A program made the translations under genes and the position numbers. Shown here one piece after another: positions 48,175 to 58,241 of a stretch of 64,000 bases of DNA (positions are counted from its first letter, which is position 1; every line of letters starts with the position of its first letter). The stretch comes from Alphaproteobacteria bacterium. Its GTDB lineage: Bacteria > Pseudomonadota > Alphaproteobacteria > SP197. Under the pieces are notes generated by a model. That model was not told the DNA's origin and searched no databases. It was given only the letters and a program-made list of their open reading frames with translations. The stretch lies in the NCBI GenBank assembly GCA_965228895.1, contig OZ245842.1, positions 4,352,001 through 4,416,000 of the forward strand, written 5' to 3'.

Positions 48175-49785
48175 CTACGCCGCCATGTTTGGGCCGGCTG
48201 ACTTCACCTGATCGTCGACATAGGGCGCGAAAACCTCGAAATTTCGGTGAAAACGGCCGCACAGGTCGCGTGCCTGGCTGTCATAGGCGCCCTTGTCGGA
48301 CCACGTCTCACGCGGGTTGAGGACCTCGCCCGGCACATCGGGACAGGCTTCGGGCACCAGCACACCGAAGTTGCTGTCCTCGCGGAACGAGGCCTTGGAG
48401 AGCGAGCCGTCAAGCGCGGCGCCAAGAAGCGCGCGGGTGTGGCGAATCGACATGCGCTCGCCGGTGCCATAGGCACCGCCGGACCAGCCGGTGTTGACCA
48501 GCCAGCAGTCAGCGCTGTTCTTTTCGATCTTGTCGGCCAGCATGCGGGCATAGACCGACGGGTGGCGCGGCATGAAGGGCGCGCCGAAGCAGGTCGAAAA
48601 GGTCGCCTGCGGCTCATTGCCCAGACCCTTTTCCGTGCCCGCGACCTTGGCTGTATAGCCGGACAGGAAATGATACATCGCCTGTTCGGGCGTCAGTTTG
48701 GCGATCGGCGGCAGGACGCCGAAGGCATCGGCGGTCAGCATGACGACGTTATGCGGATGACCGGCATGGCCGGTCGCCGACGCGTTTGGGATGAAGTCGA
48801 GGGGATAGGCCGCGCGGGTGTTCTCGGTGAAAAGCGGATCGTCCAGGTCAAGAATCCGGTTGTCCGGATCCATGACAACGTTCTCCAGCACCGTGCCGTA
48901 GCGCTGGGTGGTCGCGTAGATCTCCGGCTCGGCCTCCGGCGACAGCCGGATCACCTTGGCGTAACAGCCGCCCTCGAAATTGAAGACACCGTTCTCGCCC
49001 CAGCCATGCTCGTCATCGCCGATCAAAGTGCGCCTGGGATCGGCCGACAGCGTCGTCTTGCCCGTCCCGGAGAGACCGAAGAAGATCGCCGAATCACCGT
49101 CCTCACCGACATTGACCGAACAATGCATGGGTAGAACGTCGCGCGGCGGCAACAGGAAGTTCAGGATCGAGAAGACCGACTTCTTGATTTCGCCGGCATA
49201 GGACGTGCCGCCGATCAGCACCAGCCGCTCGGTGAAGTCCATGACGATGACAGTCTCCGAACGGCTGCCATCGATGGCCGGATCGGCGACAAAACCGGGC
49301 GCCTGAACAATCGTGAATTCAGGCTCGAAGTCGCGCCGCTGATCAAGCGGCGGCCTGATCAGCAAATTCGAGGCAAAAAGACTGTGCCAAGCCTGTTCGG
49401 TGACGATGCGTACCTTAACCCGAAAGTCAGGATCGGCGCCGCCATAGAGGTCCTGCACAAAGGCGTCACGGCCCTGGTAGTAAGCCAGGAAACGCTGCTT
49501 CAGCGTTTGAAAATTGCCGGGGTCCATGGCGACATTGACCTTGCCCCAGTCGACCGCATCATCGGTGACTGCGTCGCGCACGATAAACTTGTCGCGCGCC
49601 GAGCGGCCCGTGTGTTGGCCGGTCAGGACGACCAGGGGGCCGCCGGCCGCCATCTGGCCCTCGCCGCGACGGATGGATTCTTCGTAGAGCGCGGGGGTGC
49701 CCAGGTTCCAGTATTGGTCCGCCAAATTGACAAGGCCAAGTTTGTCCAGTCCAAACGTACTGTGGACTGGTCCATACAACTGCAT
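48175..49785 (-). CDS. pckA: Phosphoenolpyruvate carboxykinase (ATP)
   Basis: [37 protein letters not shown] and NFEGGCYAK. Confidence 0.97.
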   Translation of the reverse strand: MQLYGPVHSTFGLDKLGLVNLADQYWNLGTPALYEESIRRGEGQMAAGGPLVVLTGQHTGRSARDKFIVRDAVTDDAVDWGKVNVAMDPGNFQTLKQRFLAYYQGRDAFVQDLYGGADPDFRVKVRIVTEQAWHSLFASNLLIRPPLDQRRDFEPEFTIVQAPGFVADPAIDGSRSETVIVMDFTERLVLIGGTSYAGEIKKSVFSILNFLLPPRDVLPMHCSVNVGEDGDSAIFFGLSGTGKTTLSADPRRTLIGDDEHGWGENGVFNFEGGCYAKVIRLSPEAEPEIYATTQRYGTVLENVVMDPDNRILDLDDPLFTENTRAAYPLDFIPNASATGHAGHPHNVVMLTADAFGVLPPIAKLTPEQAMYHFLSGYTAKVAGTEKGLGNEPQATFSTCFGAPFMPRHPSVYARMLADKIEKNSADCWLVNTGWSGGAYGTGERMSIRHTRALLGAALDGSLSKASFREDSNFGVLVPEACPDVPGEVLNPRETWSDKGAYDSQARDLCGRFHRNFEVFAPYVDDQVKSAGPNMAA

Positions 49786-49911
49786 AAGTAGCGGCCCTCC
49801 CGATACTCTCGCGCTCATGTCAAAGAACGGAGCGTTGCCCCGGCGCCCCGCAAGAAGGAGGGGATTCAACGCTAACTGACCGGTCATGACAAGACCGGAA
49901 TTGCACTTGTC

Positions 49912-50619
49912 TCAGCCCTTTGGGGTGGCCGCCTGCCCCATGCGATACAACACTGTGTCAACAGCGCCGTCGAGTTGCCTGATTGTCCCCAGACGCTGAT
50001 CAAAGTCCCCACGTAGAGTGCGGTCAAGTGAACCCAGTTCCACACCGTCGGCATCAACGGCAGCAATGGCAGTTTGAGCGCCCAAGGCCGCCAGAGTTTT
50101 CCGGTGAACATCGTTCGCCCGGGCCACCGCGTCGGCCTCGGCGGCAACGATCGTTGTCGCCAGATCCGGGCAGACCCGCAGCTCGTCGCCATCCATGGCA
50201 TCGATACGACCAAACCCCGCGACTTGATGGGCCCGCTCGATGACTAGGCGATAGTAGTGGAAGTCGGCAAATCCGCCGGTCACGGCCGCCGACTTGTGGC
50301 GCAAGAGATAGCGCCTGGCGTCATCGTCGTCGGTTGTAGGTTCGACATGCCCCACCAGCGTCAAGCGCGGCCCCGTCAACCGGTCGGAAAGACCATTCGT
50401 ACCGTCTATCAGCAACGATACCCGGGGCTCGCGGCCAAGGTTTTTTGTGTGTTCGGCGAGGTCCGAGAGCAGCATCACCGGGCAGCCGTCAGGCGCCGTC
50501 GCCATGGCGACCAAGGTGGCGAACGGCCCGCCGTCTTGGCGGTCCAGGGTCGCCAGCGTGCCGTAACTCGCGCCGCGCAACAGCCGGCGCGCCTGGTCTA
50601 ATGCCTCGATTTCAGCCAC
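49912..50619 (-). CDS. HugZ/pyridoxamine-5'-phosphate-oxidase-like split-barrel protein
   Basis: [23 protein letters not shown] and VAGFGRI. Confidence 0.82.
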   Translation of the reverse strand: MAEIEALDQARRLLRGASYGTLATLDRQDGGPFATLVAMATAPDGCPVMLLSDLAEHTKNLGREPRVSLLIDGTNGLSDRLTGPRLTLVGHVEPTTDDDDARRYLLRHKSAAVTGGFADFHYYRLVIERAHQVAGFGRIDAMDGDELRVCPDLATTIVAAEADAVARANDVHRKTLAALGAQTAIAAVDADGVELGSLDRTLRGDFDQRLGTIRQLDGAVDTVLYRMGQAATPKG

Positions 50620-50704
50620 AAATCCGCCTTCCTTCTGGGGTCAGTTGCGATCGATAGGGCAGTCCTGCCGTATCATTTTTGGCCGCCAGGGTGGTAGACT
50701 GATG

Positions 50705-51454
50705 ATGAACACAGCCGTTGAAACGATAGCCGAGAGTTGCGTTCCGTTGAGCCAGACCATCGCACTTGTCGACGATGACCAGAACATTCTGACATCCGTA
50801 TCCATGGCCCTGGAGGCTGAGGGATACCGGGTTCAGTGTTATTCCGACAGCGTCGAAGCCCTGAAAGCCATTTCCGCTAGCCCGCCCGACATCGCCGTCT
50901 TGGATATCAAGATGCCGCGTCTTGACGGCATGGAGCTTCTGACCCGCCTGCGCCGGGACAAGGACCTGCCGGTCATTTTTCTGACCTCGCTGGCGGACGA
51001 GACCGACGAGGCGCTGGGCTTGAGGATGGGCGCCGACGACTACATCACCAAGCCGTTTTCGCTGAGACTCCTGACCGAACGAATCCGCGCCGTCCTGCGC
51101 CGCGCCGACCTTGTCAGCGGTGAGGTGCCCGAGGACGACGAAGAGATCGAACCGCAGATGGAGCGCGGCGAGCTGACACTCGATCCCGCGCGCCACATGT
51201 GCTCCTGGAAGGGTCTGCGCGTCACCTTGACGGTCACCGAGTTCTTGATCCTGAAGTCGTTGGCGCAGCGACCCGGTCACGTGAAGAGCCGCGATCAATT
51301 GCTCGACGCCGCTTATGATGACAACATCTATGTCGATGACCGCACGATCGACAGCCACATCAAAAGGATCCGCAAGAAATTTCGGATGATCGATCCGGAA
51401 TTCGGGCAGATCGAGACCTTGTATGGCGTCGGATACCGCTTTAAGGAGACGTGA
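50705..51454 (+). CDS. chvI: Response regulator ChvI (start uncertain; TTG at 50747 is possible)
   Basis: [37 protein letters not shown] and IETLYGVGY. Confidence 0.93.
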   Translation: MNTAVETIAESCVPLSQTIALVDDDQNILTSVSMALEAEGYRVQCYSDSVEALKAISASPPDIAVLDIKMPRLDGMELLTRLRRDKDLPVIFLTSLADETDEALGLRMGADDYITKPFSLRLLTERIRAVLRRADLVSGEVPEDDEEIEPQMERGELTLDPARHMCSWKGLRVTLTVTEFLILKSLAQRPGHVKSRDQLLDAAYDDNIYVDDRTIDSHIKRIRKKFRMIDPEFGQIETLYGVGYRFKET

Positions 51455-53171
51455 GCCCCGCCTGACAGCGGTCGACTCCGAGCCTGACGCCGATACGATC
51501 ATTGGGCCGACGGATCGTCCGTCGGTTACGGCGGACCCGCGCGAGGAGGCCGACCGGCATCCATCGGCATCGCTGACCCGGCGAATTCTGGCCATCAATC
51601 TGGTGCCGCTCGCGCTGTTCCTTGTCGGCGTTCTCTATCTCGATAATTACCGCGAAGGGCTGATCGCCGAGAAAGTCAATTCGCTGACCACCAACGGCGA
51701 ACTGATCGCCGGTGCGCTTGGCGAAACGGTTGTTGCCTTCGGCCTGGAAGATGTCTCGGCGCCGCCGGTCACGCAGATCCTTGAGGAAGATGCACGCGCC
51801 CTGATCCGCCGCCTGGTGCAGTCGGCCGGCATTCGCGCTCGGCTGTTCGGCGCCGATGGCGCGCTGATCGCCGATAGCCGGCAGCTTGTCGGCACCGGTG
51901 GTGCCGTGCACCGGGAGTACCTGCCGCCGCCCGGCGATCTCGATTCCTTCGAACGCCTGCTGCGCCGTCTCGACCGGATCGCCTTGGGCGTCTCGTCGGT
52001 CTGGCAGACCAACGAGCCCTACACGGAACGCGCCGACCAGACGGCCTATGACTACCCGGAGGTCGTGCAGGCGTTAAACGGAACCGGTGACGAAGCGCTG
52101 CGCGATGCCGGACGCGGCGGCCTGATCTTGACCGTGGCGGTCCCGGTCAGCCACTTCAAACAAGTCCAGGGCGCGTTGCTCTTGTCATCGGATCTCGGCG
52201 ATGTCGAGCGTGAGCTGCGCGCCGTGCGCAGCGACATCCTGGCCTTGGCCTTGTTGTCGTTCGGCCTGACCGTTTTGATGTCGCTTTATCTGGCCGGCAC
52301 CATCGCACGGCCTGTCAGAAAACTGGCGTTGGCTGCTGAAAAGGTCGGCCGTGGCACCGGCAAGGCAGGCTCTATCCCCGATTTCGCGAGCCGGGGTGAC
52401 GAAATCGGCGAGCTGTCGCGCGCGCTGATCGATATGACGCGCACCTTGGAAAACCGCATGATGGCGACGGAACGGTTTGCCGCGGACGTCGCGCACGAGA
52501 TCAAGAACCCGCTGTCGTCGCTGAAGAGTGCACTCGAAACCATCCAGCGTATCGAGGATCCCGAGCGGCGCGCCAAGCTGATGGCGATCGCTGCCGACGA
52601 TCTGAACCGGCTCGACCGGTTGATCACCGATATTTCCGATGCGTCCCGTCTCGATGCCGAGCTGAACCGCGCGGACACCGAGACCGTCGACATCGGTGCG
52701 ACCCTGCAGGCGCTCGCCATGGTCATGCAGACGACCTGGGGCGACGACGGACCGAGACTGGAGTTGAACGACGCGTTGAGCCGCGACGATGTCATGGGCC
52801 GCTTTGTCGTGCGCGGTGTCGAGGATCGGTTAGTCCAGGTGTTCCGCAATCTGCTGGTCAACGCGCGTTCGTTCAGTCCGCCCGGCGGCATCATCAGGAT
52901 CGCCGCGCGCCAAGACGGGCGCTGGGTCGAGATCACGATCAGCGACCAGGGACCGGGCATTCCCGCCGGCAAGGAAGACGACATTTTCAACCGCTTCTAC
53001 AGCGACCGTCCCGCCGGCGAAAAGTTCGGCACCCATTCGGGCCTCGGCCTCAGTATTTCGCGCCAGATCGTCGAAGCCCATCACGGCACCATCAAAGCGT
53101 CGAACCTGGGCAGCGACCCGTCGTCACCCGACGGTGCGTGCTTCACCGTGCGCCTGATGGCCGGCAACTAA
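51423..53171 (+). CDS. chvG: Sensor histidine kinase ChvG/ExoS
   Basis: [29 protein letters not shown]...[11 protein letters not shown]. Confidence 0.93.
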   Translation: MASDTALRRREPRLTAVDSEPDADTIIGPTDRPSVTADPREEADRHPSASLTRRILAINLVPLALFLVGVLYLDNYREGLIAEKVNSLTTNGELIAGALGETVVAFGLEDVSAPPVTQILEEDARALIRRLVQSAGIRARLFGADGALIADSRQLVGTGGAVHREYLPPPGDLDSFERLLRRLDRIALGVSSVWQTNEPYTERADQTAYDYPEVVQALNGTGDEALRDAGRGGLILTVAVPVSHFKQVQGALLLSSDLGDVERELRAVRSDILALALLSFGLTVLMSLYLAGTIARPVRKLALAAEKVGRGTGKAGSIPDFASRGDEIGELSRALIDMTRTLENRMMATERFAADVAHEIKNPLSSLKSALETIQRIEDPERRAKLMAIAADDLNRLDRLITDISDASRLDAELNRADTETVDIGATLQALAMVMQTTWGDDGPRLELNDALSRDDVMGRFVVRGVEDRLVQVFRNLLVNARSFSPPGGIIRIAARQDGRWVEITISDQGPGIPAGKEDDIFNRFYSDRPAGEKFGTHSGLGLSISRQIVEAHHGTIKASNLGSDPSSPDGACFTVRLMAGN

Positions 53172-53174
53172 TCG

Positions 53175-54149
53175 ATGGCCTGTCGCGCGCGGATTGCCGG
53201 TCTAGCCCTTGCGGCAATCGTAATCAGTTCCAGCGCGACCGGCGACGATGCGCAGCCGACGTTCGAGCTGCCGGTTGCCTGCGCCATGGGCGAGCAGTGT
53301 TTTGTTCAAAACCACGTCGATCATGATGCCGGCCCGGGCTTCGGCGACTACACCTGCGGCAGTCTGAGCTTCGACCGCCATACCGGCACCGACTTTACGA
53401 TGGTCGACCGCGCGCCGGGTGTCGAACCGGTCGCGGTCCTGGCGGCAGCGGACGGTCGGGTAAAGACTGTCGGCGTGCCCCCGGATACGGCGTCGCCGCT
53501 GCACTGGACCCAGCCCGGCCATCACGTCATGATCGATCATGGCGATGGCTGGACGACACTCTATGCCCACATGGCACCGGGCAGCATCACCGTCGATGTG
53601 GGCGCGACGGTCGTTGCCGGTGAACGTCTCGGCGCCATCGGCGCTACCGGGGATGCCCGCTTTGCGCATCTTCATTTCGAGGTGCAGCACGACGGCGCGG
53701 TGGTGGATCCATTTTCCGGCACCGGCCCCGGGATCATCTGCGGTGTTTCGCTCGCATCACTCTGGTCCGATGAGGCGATAAGCGCGCTTGCCTACCGGCC
53801 CACGGGCCTTTTGCGACATGGTTTTGCCGGCGGTCTGATCCGCGATGGCGCGGCCCCGGCGCTGAGCCTGCCCGACGCCGCCACCATCGTCTTCTGGGCC
53901 GACCTCTTCGGCCTCATGCCCGGCGACCGGGTCGAGGCGCAATTGTTGGCGCCCGATGGGCGCGTCCTGGCGGCCGAACCCACCGATATCGACACGGTCG
54001 CCGCACGCCTATTGACGCAGGCTGGTTACCGCAAACCCGAGACCGGGTGGCCGGCGGGCGCCTATCGCGGCAGCGTCACCTTGTTGCGTCCGGGCAGCGA
54101 TGGCTGGCAGATCATCGCCGATGCGGAAATGACGCTTCACATGCCCTAA
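53175..54149 (+). CDS. M23 family metallopeptidase (exported)
   Basis: Signal peptide, HTGTD (HxxxD), YAHM and HLH. Confidence 0.88.
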   Translation: MACRARIAGLALAAIVISSSATGDDAQPTFELPVACAMGEQCFVQNHVDHDAGPGFGDYTCGSLSFDRHTGTDFTMVDRAPGVEPVAVLAAADGRVKTVGVPPDTASPLHWTQPGHHVMIDHGDGWTTLYAHMAPGSITVDVGATVVAGERLGAIGATGDARFAHLHFEVQHDGAVVDPFSGTGPGIICGVSLASLWSDEAISALAYRPTGLLRHGFAGGLIRDGAAPALSLPDAATIVFWADLFGLMPGDRVEAQLLAPDGRVLAAEPTDIDTVAARLLTQAGYRKPETGWPAGAYRGSVTLLRPGSDGWQIIADAEMTLHMP

Positions 54150-54171
54150 TGCTGCCCAGAGCCGATCTGAT

Positions 54172-55101
54172 TTAGCGCCAGCGGCGCAGACCCCGGTAAC
54201 CCGTCACAGCGTTGCGCGCCAGCGCGCGTTCACGCTGCAGGATGTAGAGGCCGCTCATCACCAGAACGGCGGAGCCGGCAACCAGGCTCCATGATGGGAT
54301 GTCGTGCCATATGACGAAACCCAGCAGACCGGCCCAGATCAAGGCGACGTAGTCGAACGGCGCCAGCAGCGACGGCGCGGCACGGCGATACGCCTCGACG
54401 CCCAGGTACTGACCGATCGTGCTGGCAAACGCGATGCCGAGCAGCAAGCAAAGATCGAACCAATCCATGGCGACCCAGGCATCGAGCAAGACCACGCCGA
54501 GTGCCATGATGACGAGCACATAACCGTTGACCCAAACGAGAATCACCGAGGTCGACGTCGCCACCGCCAACTTTCGCGTGGCAATCGCAGCGAGCGCATA
54601 GAACGCTGCCGAAGCCAGCGCCCAAAGCGCCGCCGGCTGAAACACCGCCGTGCCCGGTTCCATGATGATGAGAACACCGACAAATCCGACGACCACCGCC
54701 GCCCAGCGCCTCGGCCCGACCTTTTCTTTCAGCAGCGGCACGCTCAGTGCCGTGATGAACAGCGGCCCGGCGAACGAAACCGCGACCGTCTCGGCGAGCG
54801 GGAGGACTTTCAATGCTTCGATGAATGTCACGAAGGATGTCGCCCCGAACACGACACGCATCAGAACGATACGGTGATTGACGAAACCCAGACGATGCAG
54901 GCCGCCGCTGCGCGCCACCAGCAATAGCGCAATCGGCACCGCCACCAGGCTGCGGATCAAAATGATCTGCGTGAAGTGATATTCGCCGGCGACCCATTTG
55001 ACGATGGCGTCGGAGACAGCGAAAGCTGCAATCGACAGGCTGATTAGAACGATCGCGACAACCGGCGACCCTTGATCAGCGGGCTTGGCGGAATCTGGCA
55101 C
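54172..55101 (-). CDS. DMT/EamA family transporter
   Basis: About 10 TM; L.EKVG.RRW.A..VGF.GV; LAPFDY. Confidence 0.9.
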   Translation of the reverse strand: MPDSAKPADQGSPVVAIVLISLSIAAFAVSDAIVKWVAGEYHFTQIILIRSLVAVPIALLLVARSGGLHRLGFVNHRIVLMRVVFGATSFVTFIEALKVLPLAETVAVSFAGPLFITALSVPLLKEKVGPRRWAAVVVGFVGVLIIMEPGTAVFQPAALWALASAAFYALAAIATRKLAVATSTSVILVWVNGYVLVIMALGVVLLDAWVAMDWFDLCLLLGIAFASTIGQYLGVEAYRRAAPSLLAPFDYVALIWAGLLGFVIWHDIPSWSLVAGSAVLVMSGLYILQRERALARNAVTGYRGLRRWR

Positions 55102-55204
55102 GTTGGTGTGATCCGAAGAGGCGTTTGAGACTCTCGCATAGAGCCAAGGACGGTGAAGCGCAATGCCTGGTATGAAAACTCAGCGCCGCTGTTCCTGACG
55201 CACG

Positions 55205-55293
55205 ATGACCAGATCATCTTGTGCGGCTTAAAGGATGACCGCGATGTTGATGCAGATGATCGCCGGCGCGGGACGATTATCGCCGTATCTCAC
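55205..55293 (-). pseudogene. Relic of a fourth EamA paralogue N-terminus
   Basis: A GTG overlapping the upstream stop gives VRYGDNRPAPAIICINIAVIL*AAQDDLV, which matches the neighbour's HVNRPLLGITFINIALIVFGCNEALV. Confidence 0.55.
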
Positions 55294-56183
55294 GCCGTGG
55301 TCTCGCCGGCTTTGCGTTTGAACTGCCGGGTTTCGTCGTAGACCACGAAGAGACCGCTGCCAATCAACACAGCCGCACCGGTTATCAGCTCCCGGCTCGG
55401 CACCTCCCTAAACACAACGTAACTGATGATAGCGATGTAGATGATGCCCATGTAGTCAAAGATTATGACCGTGTTGGCGGCCGCATAGCGATAGGCCTGC
55501 ACCAAACAGTACTGGGCACACGCGGCCAGAAGGCCAACCGCGAAGAGCATCGGCAACTCCCAATAGGGCGTGGACGTCCAAAGGAAAGGCATGAACGGCA
55601 GCAGGGTTAGTCCACCGAAGACGGACATGTAGAAGAGGATCGTCAGGCTGTCTTCGGTTCTGGTCAGCGCGCGGTTGATCAGCATGGCAACGGCGTAGGC
55701 GCCGGCAGACCCGAGCGCAAGAAGCGCCCATAGGTTGAACAACCCGCCGCCCGGCTGCATCACGTAAGCCACGCCCCCAAAACCGATGATGATAGCCACC
55801 CAGCGCGCCTTCGATACACGCTCGCCCAGGAACCAGCCCGCCAACAGAGCAACGAAGATCGGTGCCGACAGATAAACCGTCGTCGCGTCATCGAGTGCCA
55901 GGAACTTCAAGCTGTAGAAAAACGCTGCTGTCGCGAATGCTGACAGGACGCCTCGCACAGCCACCAGTCCCCATCGCGTGCAAACGAATAGATCCTTGCG
56001 CCTGATGCCGATGATTGTTGCCGCCACCAGGAAACTCATGACCACAAATCGTATGAAGGCGATCTGTATCGGCGAGTACTCTTCCGTCAGATATCGAACC
56101 AGCGCCTCGTTGCATCCGAAAACGATCAACGCGATGTTGATAAACGTAATCCCGAGCAGCGGACGATTGACGTGACTGGCCAT
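55290..56183 (-). CDS. DMT/EamA family transporter
   Basis: About 10 TM; LGERVS..RW.AI.IGF.GV; start at MASHVN overlapping the upstream stop. Confidence 0.9.
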   Translation of the reverse strand: MASHVNRPLLGITFINIALIVFGCNEALVRYLTEEYSPIQIAFIRFVVMSFLVAATIIGIRRKDLFVCTRWGLVAVRGVLSAFATAAFFYSLKFLALDDATTVYLSAPIFVALLAGWFLGERVSKARWVAIIIGFGGVAYVMQPGGGLFNLWALLALGSAGAYAVAMLINRALTRTEDSLTILFYMSVFGGLTLLPFMPFLWTSTPYWELPMLFAVGLLAACAQYCLVQAYRYAAANTVIIFDYMGIIYIAIISYVVFREVPSRELITGAAVLIGSGLFVVYDETRQFKRKAGETTA

Positions 56184-57100
56184 CAGCGACGACCGCCCGA
56201 AGCCGCGCGCCTGAGAGCGGCCTCCCGGTACACGATGTAAAGTCCACTCGCTACCACGACCAATGCCCCAATCACCGACCAGCCGTCGGGAATGTCGTCC
56301 CAAATGACATAGCCCAGGATCACCGCCCATACGAGGGCGAAGTACTCGAACGGTGCGACCACAGAGAGTGGCGCGACGCGGAATGCGCTGGTCATGCAGA
56401 ACTGAGCGAAACCCGCGAAAAGACCGGTGACCGCGAACAGACCCCAGTCGACCATGTCCGGGGTGATCCATTCGCCCGGCAGGACAACGAGAACGAGACC
56501 GGCACCGGCGATATTGAAGATCACCTGATAGAGCACCATCGTCTCGGCTGACTCGGTCACGCCCAAACGGCGCGTGCGCACGAACCCCATGCCGAAGAAG
56601 ATGACCGATGATAATGCCAACAGCGTCGCAGCAATGGGAAACTCGCCGCTTGGACCAACGATCAGCAGGACGCCGAAAAAGCCGGTGGCAATTGCGGCCC
56701 AGCGTCTGAGGTCAACATGTTCGCCCAACAGCAAGGCGCCAAAGGCGGTCACCACAAGCGGCATCGACATGCCGACCGCGACCATGTCAGCCAGCGGCAC
56801 CATGTCGAGTGCCGCGACCCAGGTCGTAAAGGCCATGAACAGCAGGAAGCTGCGAAACAGAAGCGGCCCGAGATTGCGTGTCCTGATCGACCGGCGCACG
56901 CCTGCCCGGCGCACGAGAACGAATACCGGGAGGAGAGAAAAGACCGATCTGAGCAGCAACAGCTGGTAGACGAAATAGGCCGTCACCAGCCATTTGTTCA
57001 GGGCGTCATGCCACGAGAACAACGTGATGCCGACCAGCATAAAGGCGATGCCATGAAGCCGGCCGCGCCAGTCGCCGTCGGGGGATGGGTTGGATGACAC
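56183..57100 (-). CDS. DMT/EamA family transporter
   Basis: About 10 TM; LGEHV..RRW.A..TGF.GV; VAPFEY. Confidence 0.9.
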   Translation of the reverse strand: MSSNPSPDGDWRGRLHGIAFMLVGITLFSWHDALNKWLVTAYFVYQLLLLRSVFSLLPVFVLVRRAGVRRSIRTRNLGPLLFRSFLLFMAFTTWVAALDMVPLADMVAVGMSMPLVVTAFGALLLGEHVDLRRWAAIATGFFGVLLIVGPSGEFPIAATLLALSSVIFFGMGFVRTRRLGVTESAETMVLYQVIFNIAGAGLVLVVLPGEWITPDMVDWGLFAVTGLFAGFAQFCMTSAFRVAPLSVVAPFEYFALVWAVILGYVIWDDIPDGWSVIGALVVVASGLYIVYREAALRRAASGGRR

Positions 57101-57177
57101 GGCAGGCCCGCCCCGGAAATGGAGCGGGCACTATCGGTACATCGTGGGGCGCTGACAAGCAGGCGCGGATACACCCA

Positions 57178-57306
57178 CCCCTCACCCAGCTCCGGCTAGG
57201 TCGCTAACGCGCCCAAGCCTTCACATCCCTCTCCCTCAAGGAGAGAGGAAATGCTTGGGTGTTTCCAGCTCCCTCTCCCCTTGAGGGAGAGGGTTGGGGT
57301 GAGGGG
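57178..57306. repeat. Alphaproteobacterial REP/MITE-like palindromic element
   Basis: Terminal inverted repeats CCCCTCACCC/GGGTGAGGGG enclose two hairpins, CCCTCTCCCTCAAGGAGAGAGG and CCCTCTCCCCTTGAGGGAGAGGG. Confidence 0.8.
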
Positions 57307-57351
57307 TCGCGCGCGATCGCGCGCCATGAGTTGTTTGGAGGTCGACAGCCG

Positions 57352-57582
57352 TTACTGGATGCTCACCGGCTCCAGGTCGTTCTGGCGCGCAGCGACAAAG
57401 GCCAGCTCGCGCGATTCAACGACGGCGAGCAGGCTGCCGTCAGCGCCATGAATGCCATACGCCCTGCCCTGTTCGGTTTCGACCGGCGCGACATAGGCCA
57501 GATGCGGCGCGCCCATTTTGGCGAACGCCTCCGGCGACATGGCGGCAATGGCGTCTTTGAATGTGTTCTCCGTGTTCGGCAT
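57352..57582 (-). CDS. DUF1150 family protein
   Basis: LAYV.PV...YGIHGADG..LA....R..AF.AARQ.DL.PVS; AGAGGAG RBS; follows the Hsp20 gene. Confidence 0.88.
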   Translation of the reverse strand: MPNTENTFKDAIAAMSPEAFAKMGAPHLAYVAPVETEQGRAYGIHGADGSLLAVVESRELAFVAARQNDLEPVSIQ

Positions 57583-57623
57583 GGTTACTCTCCTCTACAC
57601 CCGTCTAGCGGCGTGTTACGTGG

Positions 57624-58085
57624 TCAGGACTTCTCCTCCAGACCCTCGACGATCTTCGCGCGGCTGCCGGTGCCGTCACCGGCCTTGATATCGATGACCT
57701 TCTGTTTGACTTCGGGGATCGGCCTTTCCAGGTCGACATGCAGCAGGCCGTTATCGAGCGACGCGCCGACAACCTCGATACCCTCGGCGAGCACAAAACT
57801 GCGGACGAACTGACGCGCGGCGATGCCGCGATGCAGATAAACCCGCTTGTCGTCGTCGGTTTGTTTGCCACGCACGATCAGCTGGTTTTCCTCCACCAGG
57901 ACGTTCAGATCGTCCATGGTGAAGCCGGCGACGGCCAGGCTAATCCTGAGGCCGTTCTCGCCGATCTGCTCAATATTGTACGGTGGATAACCATCGCTGG
58001 ATGTCTTGGCGACCCGGTCGAGCACCCGCTCGAAATGGTCAAAACCCAGCAAAAGCGGGCTATCAAAGGCCGTCATTCGGGCCAT
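57624..58085 (-). CDS. Small heat-shock protein (IbpA/HspD-like)
   Basis: LGFD, YPPYNIE, LAVAGF, YLHRGIA.R.F and NGLL. Confidence 0.95.
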   Translation of the reverse strand: MARMTAFDSPLLLGFDHFERVLDRVAKTSSDGYPPYNIEQIGENGLRISLAVAGFTMDDLNVLVEENQLIVRGKQTDDDKRVYLHRGIAARQFVRSFVLAEGIEVVGASLDNGLLHVDLERPIPEVKQKVIDIKAGDGTGSRAKIVEGLEEKS

Positions 58086-58180
58086 AGGGGCATCTCCTCC
58101 ATTGAGCGAGGGCCTGACGTTCAATGCCGGAATCCAAAGGCAAACCGACATATGCCACCCCTGAATGGCGACGGCACGTG
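58086..58180 (-). ncRNA. ROSE-type RNA thermometer in the sHSP 5' UTR
   Basis: The final hairpin GGCCCUCGCUC-AAU-GGAGGAGAUGCC places the U(U/C)GCU motif opposite the SD. Confidence 0.75.
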
Positions 58181-58185
58181 GGTTA

Positions 58186-58214
58186 ACGTGGGGACGGAAG
58201 TGAGCGATTTCAAG
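58186..58214 (-). promoter_or_regulatory. RpoH (sigma32) promoter
   Basis: CTTGAA-15 nt-CCCCACGT on the minus strand, upstream of the sHSP gene. Confidence 0.7.
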
Positions 58215-58241
58215 CGCTTAGCGCAAAGGGCGTTCCGCACA

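Noticed and set aside
56184-56471. N-terminal extension of the middle EamA ORF (393 aa in the track)
   Set aside because: It overlaps the upstream EamA gene out of frame; the ATG at 56183 coupled to that gene's stop is the likely start.
57251-57451. ORFs starting in the palindromic repeat (PLPLRERVGVRG / PSPLEGEGWGEG)
   Set aside because: These are typical spurious translations of REP-like repeats.
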